Positions 52,902-62,720 of a stretch of 64,000 nucleotides of DNA are shown here, in pieces; the stretch's first letter is position 1, and every line of letters begins with the position of its first letter. The notes below the pieces were generated by a model. It was given only the letters and a program-made list of their open reading frames with translations, made no database searches and was not told the origin of the DNA. The translations under genes and the position numbers were made by a program. The stretch lies in the IMG/VR virus record IMGVR_UViG_3300025141_000026. One strand, 5' to 3'. The DNA is from a virus.

Positions 52902-54070
52902 ATTTCTTTCATTTCTCCATAATTCTTTCCTGCTTTCATATTTACCAAAAATTTAGAAAAATCAGTTTTGGCAAAAGCGGATGCGATTTCCGGTACAAGG
53001 TGTTTTTCGCTCTTGTCTAGATCGATCACCACACTATCATGGATCAAAAAAGAAATAAATGATTTTTTTGATTCTAATAGCTTTGCCAACTCCAAAATTC
53101 TCCGTAAAAATAAATCAGAAGTTGTGCTTTGTATTATGTAGTTCAAAGCATGTTTTGCGTCAGCCCTGATTTCTCTTCCAAAAGGATTTATAATTTTGTC
53201 GCCATCCCAGTGCTCTTTTAATACAAAACTACGATTATAAAATTGCTCAAGATCTTTATCTTCTGCGGCTGGGTTGTAAAGCCAAGAAAATACTCTCTTT
53301 TTTGCAACCTCTCGGTCGGTAATTTGGGGAAAAACGTTAGTTATGTTCCAATCATGAATATCTTGTTGTGGCTGGTTTTCTCCAGACATGTGAAGAAGGG
53401 TTCTCAACTCGGCAGCATTATAATCCAATTCAACAAAAATATCATTTTGCGGGGTCAATATTTGCCTATAATTCTTGTCCATTGTTAGAATGGGGAAACT
53501 ACCCTTTTTGGTGGTCAGCCGACCAGTTTTTGTACCAAATAAGTTATACCTAATATAAGGTCTAAGTCTTTTAACTTTATTATAGAACTGGTTGGTGCGG
53601 AAATCGTGCCTTTTTCCCCGCAAGGGCGTCAAATCTAAATTGACACGACGTGATTCGATATCAACAAGAACCTTTTGTAACTCATAAAGAAATTGATAGT
53701 TATCAGGCTTTGGGTAGTTGTCAAAGACGTATTGCGTAATTTCATTTTTTATCTGCAAGTAGTCCAGCAGAATTTTTTCAGGGAGAAAATTGTAAAATTT
53801 TCCACCTGTGATGTCTATCCTGCTCTCAATGCATGCGCGGCAATGGCTTTTTATTTTCTCTTTTGCAACTTCCCACCGATCAACAAGATGGTCTGGGCAT
53901 GCCTCGTCAATTGTCAAACCTCCGCACCTAAACTGGGCATAATCTATTTCACTGTTTTTTAGTTGTGTTGTGTAGGACCATGTTCTAGTGAGATTTTTCT
54001 TGTTTTCTTGAAGCTTGCCTTCGGCAAAAATCATATTTTTATTTTCAACTGTAATCGTTTGAAATAACAT
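52889..54070 (-). CDS. minimal family A DNA polymerase (polymerase domain only)
   Basis: TKTGRL, motif A LDYNAAELR, motif B R..AK...F.WLY, NY.IQS, motif C IHDS. Confidence 0.85.
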   Translation of the reverse strand: MLFQTITVENKNMIFAEGKLQENKKNLTRTWSYTTQLKNSEIDYAQFRCGGLTIDEACPDHLVDRWEVAKEKIKSHCRACIESRIDITGGKFYNFLPEKILLDYLQIKNEITQYVFDNYPKPDNYQFLYELQKVLVDIESRRVNLDLTPLRGKRHDFRTNQFYNKVKRLRPYIRYNLFGTKTGRLTTKKGSFPILTMDKNYRQILTPQNDIFVELDYNAAELRTLLHMSGENQPQQDIHDWNITNVFPQITDREVAKKRVFSWLYNPAAEDKDLEQFYNRSFVLKEHWDGDKIINPFGREIRADAKHALNYIIQSTTSDLFLRRILELAKLLESKKSFISFLIHDSVVIDLDKSEKHLVPEIASAFAKTDFSKFLVNMKAGKNYGEMKEICRI

Positions 54071-55472
54071 TATTTCTTCTTGGTTGTGTCGTTGTTATGT
54101 TGGTTGCCTGTTCTCTTTCTACAATTTTATTGCTTTCCGCTTCTATTGGTGTACCTCTTGAGTTCAGTAATCTTTTTGCATTTGTATTATTACCTTTAAC
54201 ATACTCAGTACCAATCGTCAAGTTTATTTTTACGTGATCAGTTATTTTTCTGTTTAGATAAGCCAATCCAAAAGAAATTCCTAAGCTCTCTTTTCTGTTC
54301 AAGGCTTCTTGAACAATGTTGGCTTTATCTTTTATGAGCCCTTGGGCATTTGTTTCATAACATTTTATTGTAAAATAAAAATCTATTATATCGTCTAGAC
54401 CATAAGTGCTAAATATTCTTTTTAGATTAACTTTTCTGCGTCTCTTATTCCTTGTAAATGTCTTCATGACTTCTTTTGTTGTGCCCACATCTCCCTTGCT
54501 GTAAGCATGGTGCGCCCTACTGTTGAAAGGTCTTGATTCTATGTAATTGTTGTAAAAACTAACTAAATTTTTCAACATGATTTCGATATCTGCGGTATAG
54601 GCTTCTGCATAATACTTTTTTATAAAATTGTCCTTGTTCATGGTCACATCATATCTAGACATGTATTCTCTCATTTTTGGAGAACTAACATCAGCTACCA
54701 AGCGCCATGGAATATTTCTATCTACCATAAAGCCATGATTTTTAGCTGAATTTCTGAAGAATGAGTACGAATCTTTAGACAAAAAATCTTTAATTTTTTT
54801 ACTGTCGTCTGAAAACCCTTCCGACTGTAAATCTATCAACAAGCCACACGTATTCTGTGGGCATCTTTTTGATCCCAAAAAGCCAGAAAATGTAAAAGGC
54901 AAGTCTTGCCCAGAATTCCTTATGAATTTATTAAAATGTTTCATAAAATCTGAAAACCCGTTTATTTTGCCGTGCAAATCGTTTCCTTCTAAATAAGACA
55001 AGATAAAAACCTCAAATAATTTATTTATGTATGTTTGATGTAGGGCATCTGGGCTAACATAGGCTTGGTTTACGGGTAGCTTGAATAGTTCAAAAGTTGG
55101 GCTTATATTGCTTGAAACCAAACCTTGTGCAAAGTGTTTTTGGAGATCTCTAAAGGCATCAGCAACAAAATTTACCATCAGTATTGTATTATTACTATTT
55201 TTTATTGGCACCTGCTTAATATTTTTTTCTAATAGATATATGGAATTCCCTCCCAGATCATACTTTCCAAAATAAGGTTTATCATACCACAAATCTATAG
55301 GCGGCTGCTGTGGGTATTCTAAAATTCCTTCACTGTGCACACCATAATCGGGATCGACAACCTCCATAGCTTTGTAAGCCTCGCGAAATTTATAGATTGA
55401 AAACGAATCCATCCCATTTCGTCCTCTCGGCTTGGTGGTTTTACTTTTTGTTGGTTTTCTACTTTTTCCCAT
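54045..55472 (-). CDS. hypothetical phage protein
   Basis: 475-aa in-operon ORF. Confidence 0.7.
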   Translation of the reverse strand: MGKSRKPTKSKTTKPRGRNGMDSFSIYKFREAYKAMEVVDPDYGVHSEGILEYPQQPPIDLWYDKPYFGKYDLGGNSIYLLEKNIKQVPIKNSNNTILMVNFVADAFRDLQKHFAQGLVSSNISPTFELFKLPVNQAYVSPDALHQTYINKLFEVFILSYLEGNDLHGKINGFSDFMKHFNKFIRNSGQDLPFTFSGFLGSKRCPQNTCGLLIDLQSEGFSDDSKKIKDFLSKDSYSFFRNSAKNHGFMVDRNIPWRLVADVSSPKMREYMSRYDVTMNKDNFIKKYYAEAYTADIEIMLKNLVSFYNNYIESRPFNSRAHHAYSKGDVGTTKEVMKTFTRNKRRRKVNLKRIFSTYGLDDIIDFYFTIKCYETNAQGLIKDKANIVQEALNRKESLGISFGLAYLNRKITDHVKINLTIGTEYVKGNNTNAKRLLNSRGTPIEAESNKIVEREQATNITTTQPRRNNVISNDYS

Positions 55473-55517
55473 TAAAAATTCCTCTTATATAAGAGCGCTA
55501 AACTTATCTGGTCCCAT

Positions 55518-57971
55518 CTATGTCGGCACATCATCAACATTTTTTTCTGCGGGGTTGCTCGCCCCTTTTTCTCCATCGCCAGTTCCTGCAAAGCCTCCCT
55601 TGGACGGGGAAGAGGACGCAATAGGCTGAATACCTGCTTTCTTACTCTGTGCAGGTGATTCAAAAATTGCCTCTATTTCTGTGTTGAACCCATCCCTGCT
55701 CAATTCTCCACTAACTTTTACAATGGTGTAATAGCCACCGAGACCAAGTGCGCCCGTTACTTTTTTCCCTATTAGTGGGTCTGAGGCTCCTAAAGTTGGA
55801 TTTATGTAAATAGTTTGCCCCGGTCGAAATAAGGAGTTTCCGACCATTGTAACATTGACCTTGTAATTCTCTCTCAAGTGTCTAAGATCGCATTTCACCG
55901 CTTTTGCACGAGAGGCTCTTAAATTGGGATCATCTATTCTACTGAATGTTATTTTCTTCACTAGCCCTCGATCAGATCCGAACTGTAAATGGTATATTCC
56001 CTTCTTGTGATCTGCTGCTCTATCTCCAGATAGATTAGACATTCCAAATGTATAACAATAGACATATACATACTGATCTATTTTGTTGGCGTCCTTGTAA
56101 TGCACTGGGCTTGGAGTGCTAATTTGTTCGGCACTTGTTCTTGCTCCGGCTTGCACAATTGAATTTCCTGCCAAGCTTGCCAAGGGAATATCGGCTACAG
56201 ACACATTTGGCTCAGGAGAAGGAATTCCAGTTCCGGGGAAGCAATTTTCTCCGAGTGCAGCGTGTATCAAATCCTTTATTGTGTCTCTAATAAAGTCTTG
56301 CAACAGATATTCTTGTCTTGCTTGAGCCACCACATTCTTATTAAACCATTCGATAAATTTATTCAATGATATTGGAATATCTGCTAAGTTTGTAATCGTT
56401 TGCTGTCCTGATTTTGGATCACTATAAGCAATTGGACCAATCATTGGTACAACGTTTGATGCTTGTGGGTTTTTTTTCAAAACTTTGAAGGCTATGTTGA
56501 GCAAGTCTCCATAATAAATAAAATTGATTCTTACGTCGCCGGGATCCTTTGGTTTTGTTGAGGAATTCGCAGCAACAAGATCGGCAACTGCCTCCTGCAC
56601 ATCTCCCAGTTCTGTTTCTTCAAAAATGTCTGCTGGGTCATTCCATCCATCAGTCTTCAAATCATCAACATCTGCCTGCTGGGGGTCGGGAAGTGTAGGT
56701 CCTTTACTCTTTTTAGCTTCGTCCTTTTCGCCGCCATCACCAAAGAGTTCACTAATGTAGTCAACTGCGCCACCAACAGTATCAGATACCGCTTCCGTGG
56801 CGCTATCAAGAAGACCCGGATCTGGTAACGGTTCGCCTGTAATTTCTGACAAGTGTTGTTCCACTTGATTTTCGTCTAATTCTATAAATAAAACTTTTCC
56901 AGAATTATAAAGCTCGTTCAGGAACCTCTGATATGCGAAAACTCTATCGTTTTCACCCTTTTCTTTTTCGTTCTCTTGAGCTTCCTCTAGCTCTTCTTGC
57001 AACGTTTCTATTTTTGTATCTATTGAATCAATATCTGCTTGAGCCAGTGTGTTGTCTTTTTCAGCTTTTGCTTGATCCAATTGATCCTTTATTGATTTGC
57101 TATCTTTTTCTTTTTCGTTTATGTAGGGATCTCTCTCTTCATTGATAAAAAGAATGTCTGACTCTGGTCTAGACATCATGGAATCTGCAAATCCTTGATA
57201 TCGACATTTCAACTCGACTGTGCCGTCTTGTTTGAAATCTAGCTCATGCTTTGTTAGATTTAGCAATAGTGTGGTTGCAGAGTTTTCAATAATCTCCTTT
57301 AAGTTTTGGTCTATAAGGTCTGTATTTGGCGTGGCGTATCCGTAAACAAGCTTGATAGCAAATTTTCCTGCATCAAAGACGTCAGTAAAATCAATGGGCG
57401 ATCCCTCGGCGCATGCTGGTGATGGCACATCTGAGGTTGCGGGTGGATAGCTAACCAAATCTATAAGCGCAGGACCATCACCTTCTCTTTGAATTAGCAT
57501 TTCTAGATTTTGAAAAATAAAAGATATGTCTACGGCAGTGACGCCCTTTTTCACTAAAGCTGCCCCACCAGTTGTAGATCCGCCTTGCAAATCATATGAA
57601 ACGCTTTTTATTCCAATTCCATCGCCTCTGCCATATTTTGTGCTTGTTATTGATTCTATTGCTTGGTTTGTCAGCACAGTATTGAATTTTATTTCTTGAG
57701 TGCTTGTAGAATCTCCATATGTTGTCTTAAACAACTTTATCATTGGAACTAACGCTGAATTTTCAACTGGTCTTAACTCAAAAAGCCTATCTAAATTGGG
57801 TCTTGAAACGAGCTTATTTATTACATCACTTGGCTCACCTGTGATAACCGACAGATTTTCATAAGTTTGGGTGGAATTATTAGACGCAAAAGAACTCAAG
57901 TTCCAAAGTAGGTAACATTGTTCCTTAAATCTAACTTCTCCAGATGTTTTATCTTTTTTTTCGCTAGTCAT
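55518..57971 (-). CDS. baseplate hub-like protein
   Basis: C-terminal V.M.GN..F.PG..IYI...GGYY.I.KV, typical of gp27/gpD-like hubs; tail-module position. Confidence 0.65.
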   Translation of the reverse strand: MTSEKKDKTSGEVRFKEQCYLLWNLSSFASNNSTQTYENLSVITGEPSDVINKLVSRPNLDRLFELRPVENSALVPMIKLFKTTYGDSTSTQEIKFNTVLTNQAIESITSTKYGRGDGIGIKSVSYDLQGGSTTGGAALVKKGVTAVDISFIFQNLEMLIQREGDGPALIDLVSYPPATSDVPSPACAEGSPIDFTDVFDAGKFAIKLVYGYATPNTDLIDQNLKEIIENSATTLLLNLTKHELDFKQDGTVELKCRYQGFADSMMSRPESDILFINEERDPYINEKEKDSKSIKDQLDQAKAEKDNTLAQADIDSIDTKIETLQEELEEAQENEKEKGENDRVFAYQRFLNELYNSGKVLFIELDENQVEQHLSEITGEPLPDPGLLDSATEAVSDTVGGAVDYISELFGDGGEKDEAKKSKGPTLPDPQQADVDDLKTDGWNDPADIFEETELGDVQEAVADLVAANSSTKPKDPGDVRINFIYYGDLLNIAFKVLKKNPQASNVVPMIGPIAYSDPKSGQQTITNLADIPISLNKFIEWFNKNVVAQARQEYLLQDFIRDTIKDLIHAALGENCFPGTGIPSPEPNVSVADIPLASLAGNSIVQAGARTSAEQISTPSPVHYKDANKIDQYVYVYCYTFGMSNLSGDRAADHKKGIYHLQFGSDRGLVKKITFSRIDDPNLRASRAKAVKCDLRHLRENYKVNVTMVGNSLFRPGQTIYINPTLGASDPLIGKKVTGALGLGGYYTIVKVSGELSRDGFNTEIEAIFESPAQSKKAGIQPIASSSPSKGGFAGTGDGEKGASNPAEKNVDDVPT

Positions 57972-57985
57972 TTTTAGTCTCTCTA

Positions 57986-58324
57986 TTATACATCAAAAAA
58001 GTTTAATAATTTATCTAAAGGTGTCGGTATAAAAATAACATCACCATAGTTTACGTGTGATTCAGTTGGCTTTTTATTGAACCAAGCAATAATCCACCAA
58101 TATTTCGAGCTTCCATAATATTCAAAAGAGAGTTTATAGTATCTGTCGCCGGTTTTCCAAACATGAGAAAGAACATTCAGTTGCCTTATTTGATCTGGTG
58201 TTGGGTACTTCATTTCCGCTATCTTGTATTGGCGAATTTGATTTACATTTCTATCTTTAAAATGTTTTTTATAAAGTTTATTTTTATTTCTTGCTATTTC
58301 TCTATTATTGTATCTAGTACCCAT
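57986..58324 (-). CDS. LysM/gp53-like baseplate wedge protein
   Basis: GDRYYKLS..YYG...YWWIIA.FN. Confidence 0.8.
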   Translation of the reverse strand: MGTRYNNREIARNKNKLYKKHFKDRNVNQIRQYKIAEMKYPTPDQIRQLNVLSHVWKTGDRYYKLSFEYYGSSKYWWIIAWFNKKPTESHVNYGDVIFIPTPLDKLLNFFDV

Positions 58325-58344
58325 TTTTATACCTCTTTCTCACT

Positions 58345-59124
58345 TTATAAATTATCAGGATCCTCATAAGACATCCCCGATCCTCCGCCCATTTGATTTC
58401 CACCTAGAAGCATGTCCTCAAGTGATTGTTGAATATTCTCATAAAACGTACCCCCTTGATTGAGCGTGTCGGCGGTATCGTCGGGATCAATTGACATATT
58501 CAACTCTCCATCTTCGGGATTATTCAAACTAATATCTTCTGCTGTTTCCGTGTATGGATATCTTCTATTTCCAACCCACCCATCAGGATTCCAACCAATT
58601 TGATCCGTGTGTAAAACTGTCATTTGTAGCTCCAAGTCAAATTGTTTTGGAAGCAATTTTGAGTTATCTTCTATAACACCTGCTTCGAGATTTGGACTAA
58701 AGGATACGCCTTCCATAGCTACTACTAAACCTGCCTCATTTACAGACCCTTGTGTTCCCCCCGACGTGACCCAGTTTGCAAATTTTATTTTATGCAGCGG
58801 GGCTGTGGAAATGCTAGTTGCACTGCCTGCCACTTGGTATCCGGGGTATTGGCTAGCCATTAGCTGAGAGAGGCTTTGGAAATTTTGTTGTGCTTGCTGG
58901 GCGTCTGATGCTGGGATTTCTAGGGTCATTGATATTTTCCTTGTTGTGCCTTGAAATGTCATTATCGGGTCTATTCTACCATAAACTTCCTCTGCGCTAA
59001 ATTTGGTTGCTAGTGAATCTTTAAAATTAGATATAATCGCCTTGAATTTTACAGATACAGTGTTGTGTAATCCTTTTATGTGAACATAATAGTCTCCACT
59101 ATTTGCATAGGCTTCTGCGCTCAT
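58345..59124 (-). CDS. tail tube initiator / baseplate protein
   Basis: YGRIDPI.TFQGT.R.I; follows the tape measure gene. Confidence 0.7.
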   Translation of the reverse strand: MSAEAYANSGDYYVHIKGLHNTVSVKFKAIISNFKDSLATKFSAEEVYGRIDPIMTFQGTTRKISMTLEIPASDAQQAQQNFQSLSQLMASQYPGYQVAGSATSISTAPLHKIKFANWVTSGGTQGSVNEAGLVVAMEGVSFSPNLEAGVIEDNSKLLPKQFDLELQMTVLHTDQIGWNPDGWVGNRRYPYTETAEDISLNNPEDGELNMSIDPDDTADTLNQGGTFYENIQQSLEDMLLGGNQMGGGSGMSYEDPDNL

Positions 59125-59136
59125 CTATTCCATCTC

Positions 59137-62094
59137 CTATCCCACCGTTAGTGAGTTTTTGTCATTCAATACTTTAGTAACTGCTTTCCCAAGTTGCCTC
59201 TCGTTTAATTCAAGCACGACGGTGGTGCCTCCGCCGGGTGCAGTTGCACCTCCGGAGCCCATTGCAGCTACAAGCGTATTGACCGCCGCTGTGTTTTCTT
59301 TTATAGCTGCTACGACATCTTCGTTATCCCCTTTGCCACCGGTGAGTCCACCCACTGCCCCAGCAATCATTGTTACTGGGTTCATCATTGCCATTGCCAT
59401 CATTGGGGCTGCCACAAGCATCGAGCTAGCTGTTTGTATTGAGTCGTCCAACTGCTGCACTTGGGCTGCGGGTACAACTTTCTCTCCTTGGTGTAGGTAG
59501 GCTGCGCCGTCTCCTGCAATCTCGCCACCTTCTTCCAGTAGCGGAATGAGCGGGATATTGATTCCAAAACTTTCACCACCTACAAGCGGCACCCAATCTG
59601 GTATTGTAAAGCTTATTGTATTTATACCGTTGATCATGGAGTTCACACCCCCAAGCATACTATTTACAATACCTTTTAAACTATCCGCAATACCAATAAA
59701 TACTGATGCGAGTCCGTTGCCGATGGTTGAGAATATATCGCCCACCGCAGTAAACCCAGATATCATAAAGTCGAACAACATTTCATAATTATCATATATC
59801 AAATAGGCTACGGCTGCAATAGCCATTCCAATCAACACAATCGGGTTAGTCAAAAGAGCCACAGTGAACCCAATAACAGCGGCCGTCACAGCAAGTAAAG
59901 CAGGTATGGCGGAGACAATCAGAGATAAAGCGAATGCCCCTACTGCAAAAATCGCACTAAAGATTGCTCCAACAACGCTTACGATCATGGTTGCTCCAAA
60001 AATGATCATTTTACCAATAGCCATCGCGAGTGCTCCAACAACTTTCACCGCAACTGTTACTCCAAATATTATCATTTTTCCAATTGCTGTAACAATCGCA
60101 GTCACAAACTTTGATATCATATTCCATGCAAAAAGAGCAGTGGTTTTTATTCCCGCCAAAAGAGGGGCGATAACTTTAGTGTATATCGTTGTGCCAAAAC
60201 TCATCAGACCTGTTTTAGCGGTTGTAAGAGCACCTAGAAATTTGGTTTTGAGTGTTGCTGCATTGAATGTGAGTGTTCCATTAAGAGTCAAAAGACTCTT
60301 TATTGACCCGAGAACGGATAGAGCAAACTCTTTCAAGCCAGCCGAGGACGTGAAAGTGTGCATAACCATTTGTTTGAAACCTATAGTGGTGCCTGCTACC
60401 GCAAATTTTATGTATAGTAGTGATGCTCCAAGGGCGAGAAGGACACCTGATAGTATCTTTGAACCTGCAATAAACTCTGCTACTGCTGCCACTATGTCAA
60501 TCAAGAAGTTCAAGAATTGAAAAAGTGGCTTTGTTATAGCTAACACAACACTAAGCACTGATGTCAGTAGACTTGTGAGTGGCATTACAGCAACAGCAAA
60601 CTGCTCCATCAATAAGGTCATTTTCTCTTGCATTGATGTTGATGCACTTGTTGCACCTGCCAAATCAGCAGTGGCTCCGGTGACGCCATCTATTTTACCC
60701 ACTGCTTCATCAAAAGCAGCAGAGTTGGTGCCAAATAGCTTTTCAGCATCTGCCATACTGCTGATTCCAGCGGCTGTGGCGATGGCTTGCTTCTCATGTC
60801 GATCCATGGAAGCGAAGGAACGTCCAGAGGCTGCAACCGAATCTTTTATAAGTTGAATTCTTTGTGACTCTGTGGCATTCAACATTTCCATTGTATTCAT
60901 TGTTGAGCCAAGAATCGCGTTCAATTTTGATGTAGACTCTGCTGCGCCCTCGATTGTGTCGAAACCTTTAGCAATACCCAATAAAGTGTTCATTTCCACA
61001 CCGGCAGCTTTTGCTTGCGCTGATAATTCCTTGAACACCTCGATGCCCTCTGGACCATACTTAGCCAGTTCGTCCATGGCGCTGTTGAAGTCAGATGCCA
61101 TTTTACCAGCAGGCACATTCAATGCTTGCGCGGTTGCCAAAAGTTCCAACGAAACATTATTAGCTTCAGCAGAAGACATGGCAAAGCCCTTCATCGCAAG
61201 ATCTTGTATCTGTGCTGTATCTTTGGCAGCTACGCCGGCTTTAGTTAGGGAGGCAGCCAGTTCTAAAGTCGCACTTTGCGCTTCTTTGGTCATCTCTGTG
61301 AACGCTGACATTCCTGTATATAAATCACCTGCGGCAGCGACTGTTTGTTCCATGTTCACACCAAACTGTCTTGTGTCTGCTGTAACATCAAACACAATAT
61401 CATTTAGTTTCCCACCTGCTGTGGTCATTTCATTAAAACGAGCAAGAGCACTATCTGTATTTATAACCATCATGGCTGTGCTTTCAACTATTTTTGCTGC
61501 ACCCATAGCGCCTATGTTTATTGGTGTTGCTAGCTCTTTGAATCTACCGAGCATTGATGACCCAACATTTTTCAAGGAACTGCCAAAACTCCTACCGTCG
61601 TTCATACCCTTTTGCAAAAGACCGACAACGCCAGACTGTTGCTCTTTTATACCGGTAAAGGTTCCAAGAAGATCTTCTGCTGTAGCTCTTATCTCTTTTT
61701 GGTATTCTTCCTGTTCTGCTAGTTGCTTCTTTATTAGTTCGTGGAGAGCCAGTTGCTGTTCCAACGCCTCTACTTCAGCCTCCATCTCCTCTCTTTGCTC
61801 TTTGGTGAGATCTTTGCTGTCGCGCAACTCTTTGTTGATTTTATCAATTTCTTTTTGATAGGTTTTTGCGGCTTCTTGGTTTTCTACTTGCGCTTCATTT
61901 AGTTCGTCAAGTCTTGTTTTATTAATTTTGGTTGCTTCGCCTTGAATATCCGCAATTTGACGCTCTACTTTTTCAAAAGCTTGTCGTCGCTCTAGTTGAG
62001 CCTTAGTTTCTTTACCTATCTCACCAAGAGTAGTTTTATACTCTTCCAATAAGACATTTAAAGCTGCTTGTTCTTCTGGGGTTAGTGTTGCCAA
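59137..62094 (-). CDS. tail tape measure protein
   Basis: 985 aa, coiled coil, Ala-rich, long hydrophobic stretch, IP.L..GG...A.LHQGE.V. Confidence 0.88.
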   Translation of the reverse strand: MATLTPEEQAALNVLLEEYKTTLGEIGKETKAQLERRQAFEKVERQIADIQGEATKINKTRLDELNEAQVENQEAAKTYQKEIDKINKELRDSKDLTKEQREEMEAEVEALEQQLALHELIKKQLAEQEEYQKEIRATAEDLLGTFTGIKEQQSGVVGLLQKGMNDGRSFGSSLKNVGSSMLGRFKELATPINIGAMGAAKIVESTAMMVINTDSALARFNEMTTAGGKLNDIVFDVTADTRQFGVNMEQTVAAAGDLYTGMSAFTEMTKEAQSATLELAASLTKAGVAAKDTAQIQDLAMKGFAMSSAEANNVSLELLATAQALNVPAGKMASDFNSAMDELAKYGPEGIEVFKELSAQAKAAGVEMNTLLGIAKGFDTIEGAAESTSKLNAILGSTMNTMEMLNATESQRIQLIKDSVAASGRSFASMDRHEKQAIATAAGISSMADAEKLFGTNSAAFDEAVGKIDGVTGATADLAGATSASTSMQEKMTLLMEQFAVAVMPLTSLLTSVLSVVLAITKPLFQFLNFLIDIVAAVAEFIAGSKILSGVLLALGASLLYIKFAVAGTTIGFKQMVMHTFTSSAGLKEFALSVLGSIKSLLTLNGTLTFNAATLKTKFLGALTTAKTGLMSFGTTIYTKVIAPLLAGIKTTALFAWNMISKFVTAIVTAIGKMIIFGVTVAVKVVGALAMAIGKMIIFGATMIVSVVGAIFSAIFAVGAFALSLIVSAIPALLAVTAAVIGFTVALLTNPIVLIGMAIAAVAYLIYDNYEMLFDFMISGFTAVGDIFSTIGNGLASVFIGIADSLKGIVNSMLGGVNSMINGINTISFTIPDWVPLVGGESFGINIPLIPLLEEGGEIAGDGAAYLHQGEKVVPAAQVQQLDDSIQTASSMLVAAPMMAMAMMNPVTMIAGAVGGLTGGKGDNEDVVAAIKENTAAVNTLVAAMGSGGATAPGGGTTVVLELNERQLGKAVTKVLNDKNSLTVG

Positions 62095-62113
62095 TTGAAG
62101 CCCTCAACGTAAA

Positions 62114-62476
62114 TTATTTGAAGGGCCACTTTATACCGGTGGCTCTTTCAAATTTTGAGACGGCATTTTGGAGAGTAGATTTTGACCTATAAGTTCTTGG
62201 ATCTTTTAATCCAAACTTGTTATAAGCCTCAATGTATTTTTTTTCTTTTTGTAGAGCGCTAGCAAATGATTTTATTTCAGAAGGGTTTCCCCTGACTGTG
62301 ACGTTGGGAGGAACAATATCGCCCCCGAACATACCTTTGAGAATCATTTTGATCGCGCCGCCAAACATTGCGAGCCAACTTTCGTTCATTTCTTGACGAC
62401 GATTTACGCCAAGATCTATATCAATTGAAACGATGTCTTGCTCTTCATTCATCTGTTGTTCCTCCAAAGAATGCAC
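62114..62476 (-). CDS. conserved-type phage protein, probable virion
   Basis: MNESWL leader; FERATGIKWPFK C-terminus. Confidence 0.65.
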   Translation of the reverse strand: MHSLEEQQMNEEQDIVSIDIDLGVNRRQEMNESWLAMFGGAIKMILKGMFGGDIVPPNVTVRGNPSEIKSFASALQKEKKYIEAYNKFGLKDPRTYRSKSTLQNAVSKFERATGIKWPFK

Positions 62477-62486
62477 AAACTCTATA

Positions 62487-62494
62487 TAAATAGT
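62487..62494 (-). promoter_or_regulatory. candidate late promoter ACTATTTA(TA)
   Basis: Upstream of the tape-measure operon. Confidence 0.55.
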
Positions 62495-62518
62495 AATTTT
62501 GAAAAAATGTTTGCGTTA

Positions 62519-62720
62519 TCAACGGCGCTTGGCTTTGCTTTGTGCGCTTTCCGAAGCTTCTTTTTCAGCCTCAAGCTGCTCATTTAGCTTGGCTACAAAC
62601 CAATTGCGTATTTTTACTGGAAGGTTGTATGCTTCAATGAAGCTCCATCCACCATAATACTTTAAATAGAAGAAGTGTTCGTAAACCTTCTCAATGTAGT
62701 TATCGTTGAGGCCAAAAAAA
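62519..62720 (-). CDS. gp51-like tail assembly chaperone extension, probably reached by frameshift
   Basis: F.LKYYGGWS..E.YNLP...R.W; no Met after the T7 run. Confidence 0.65.

Noticed and set aside
57880-57886. Extra TTAGACG occurrence
   Set aside because: Inside a coding region and lacks the TGAATA partner box
59159-61858. Long plus-strand ORFs opposite the tape measure gene (and similar ones opposite groEL, nrdJ, the AAA gene and the acidic head protein)
   Set aside because: Antisense shadows of codon-biased genes with no recognisable motifs
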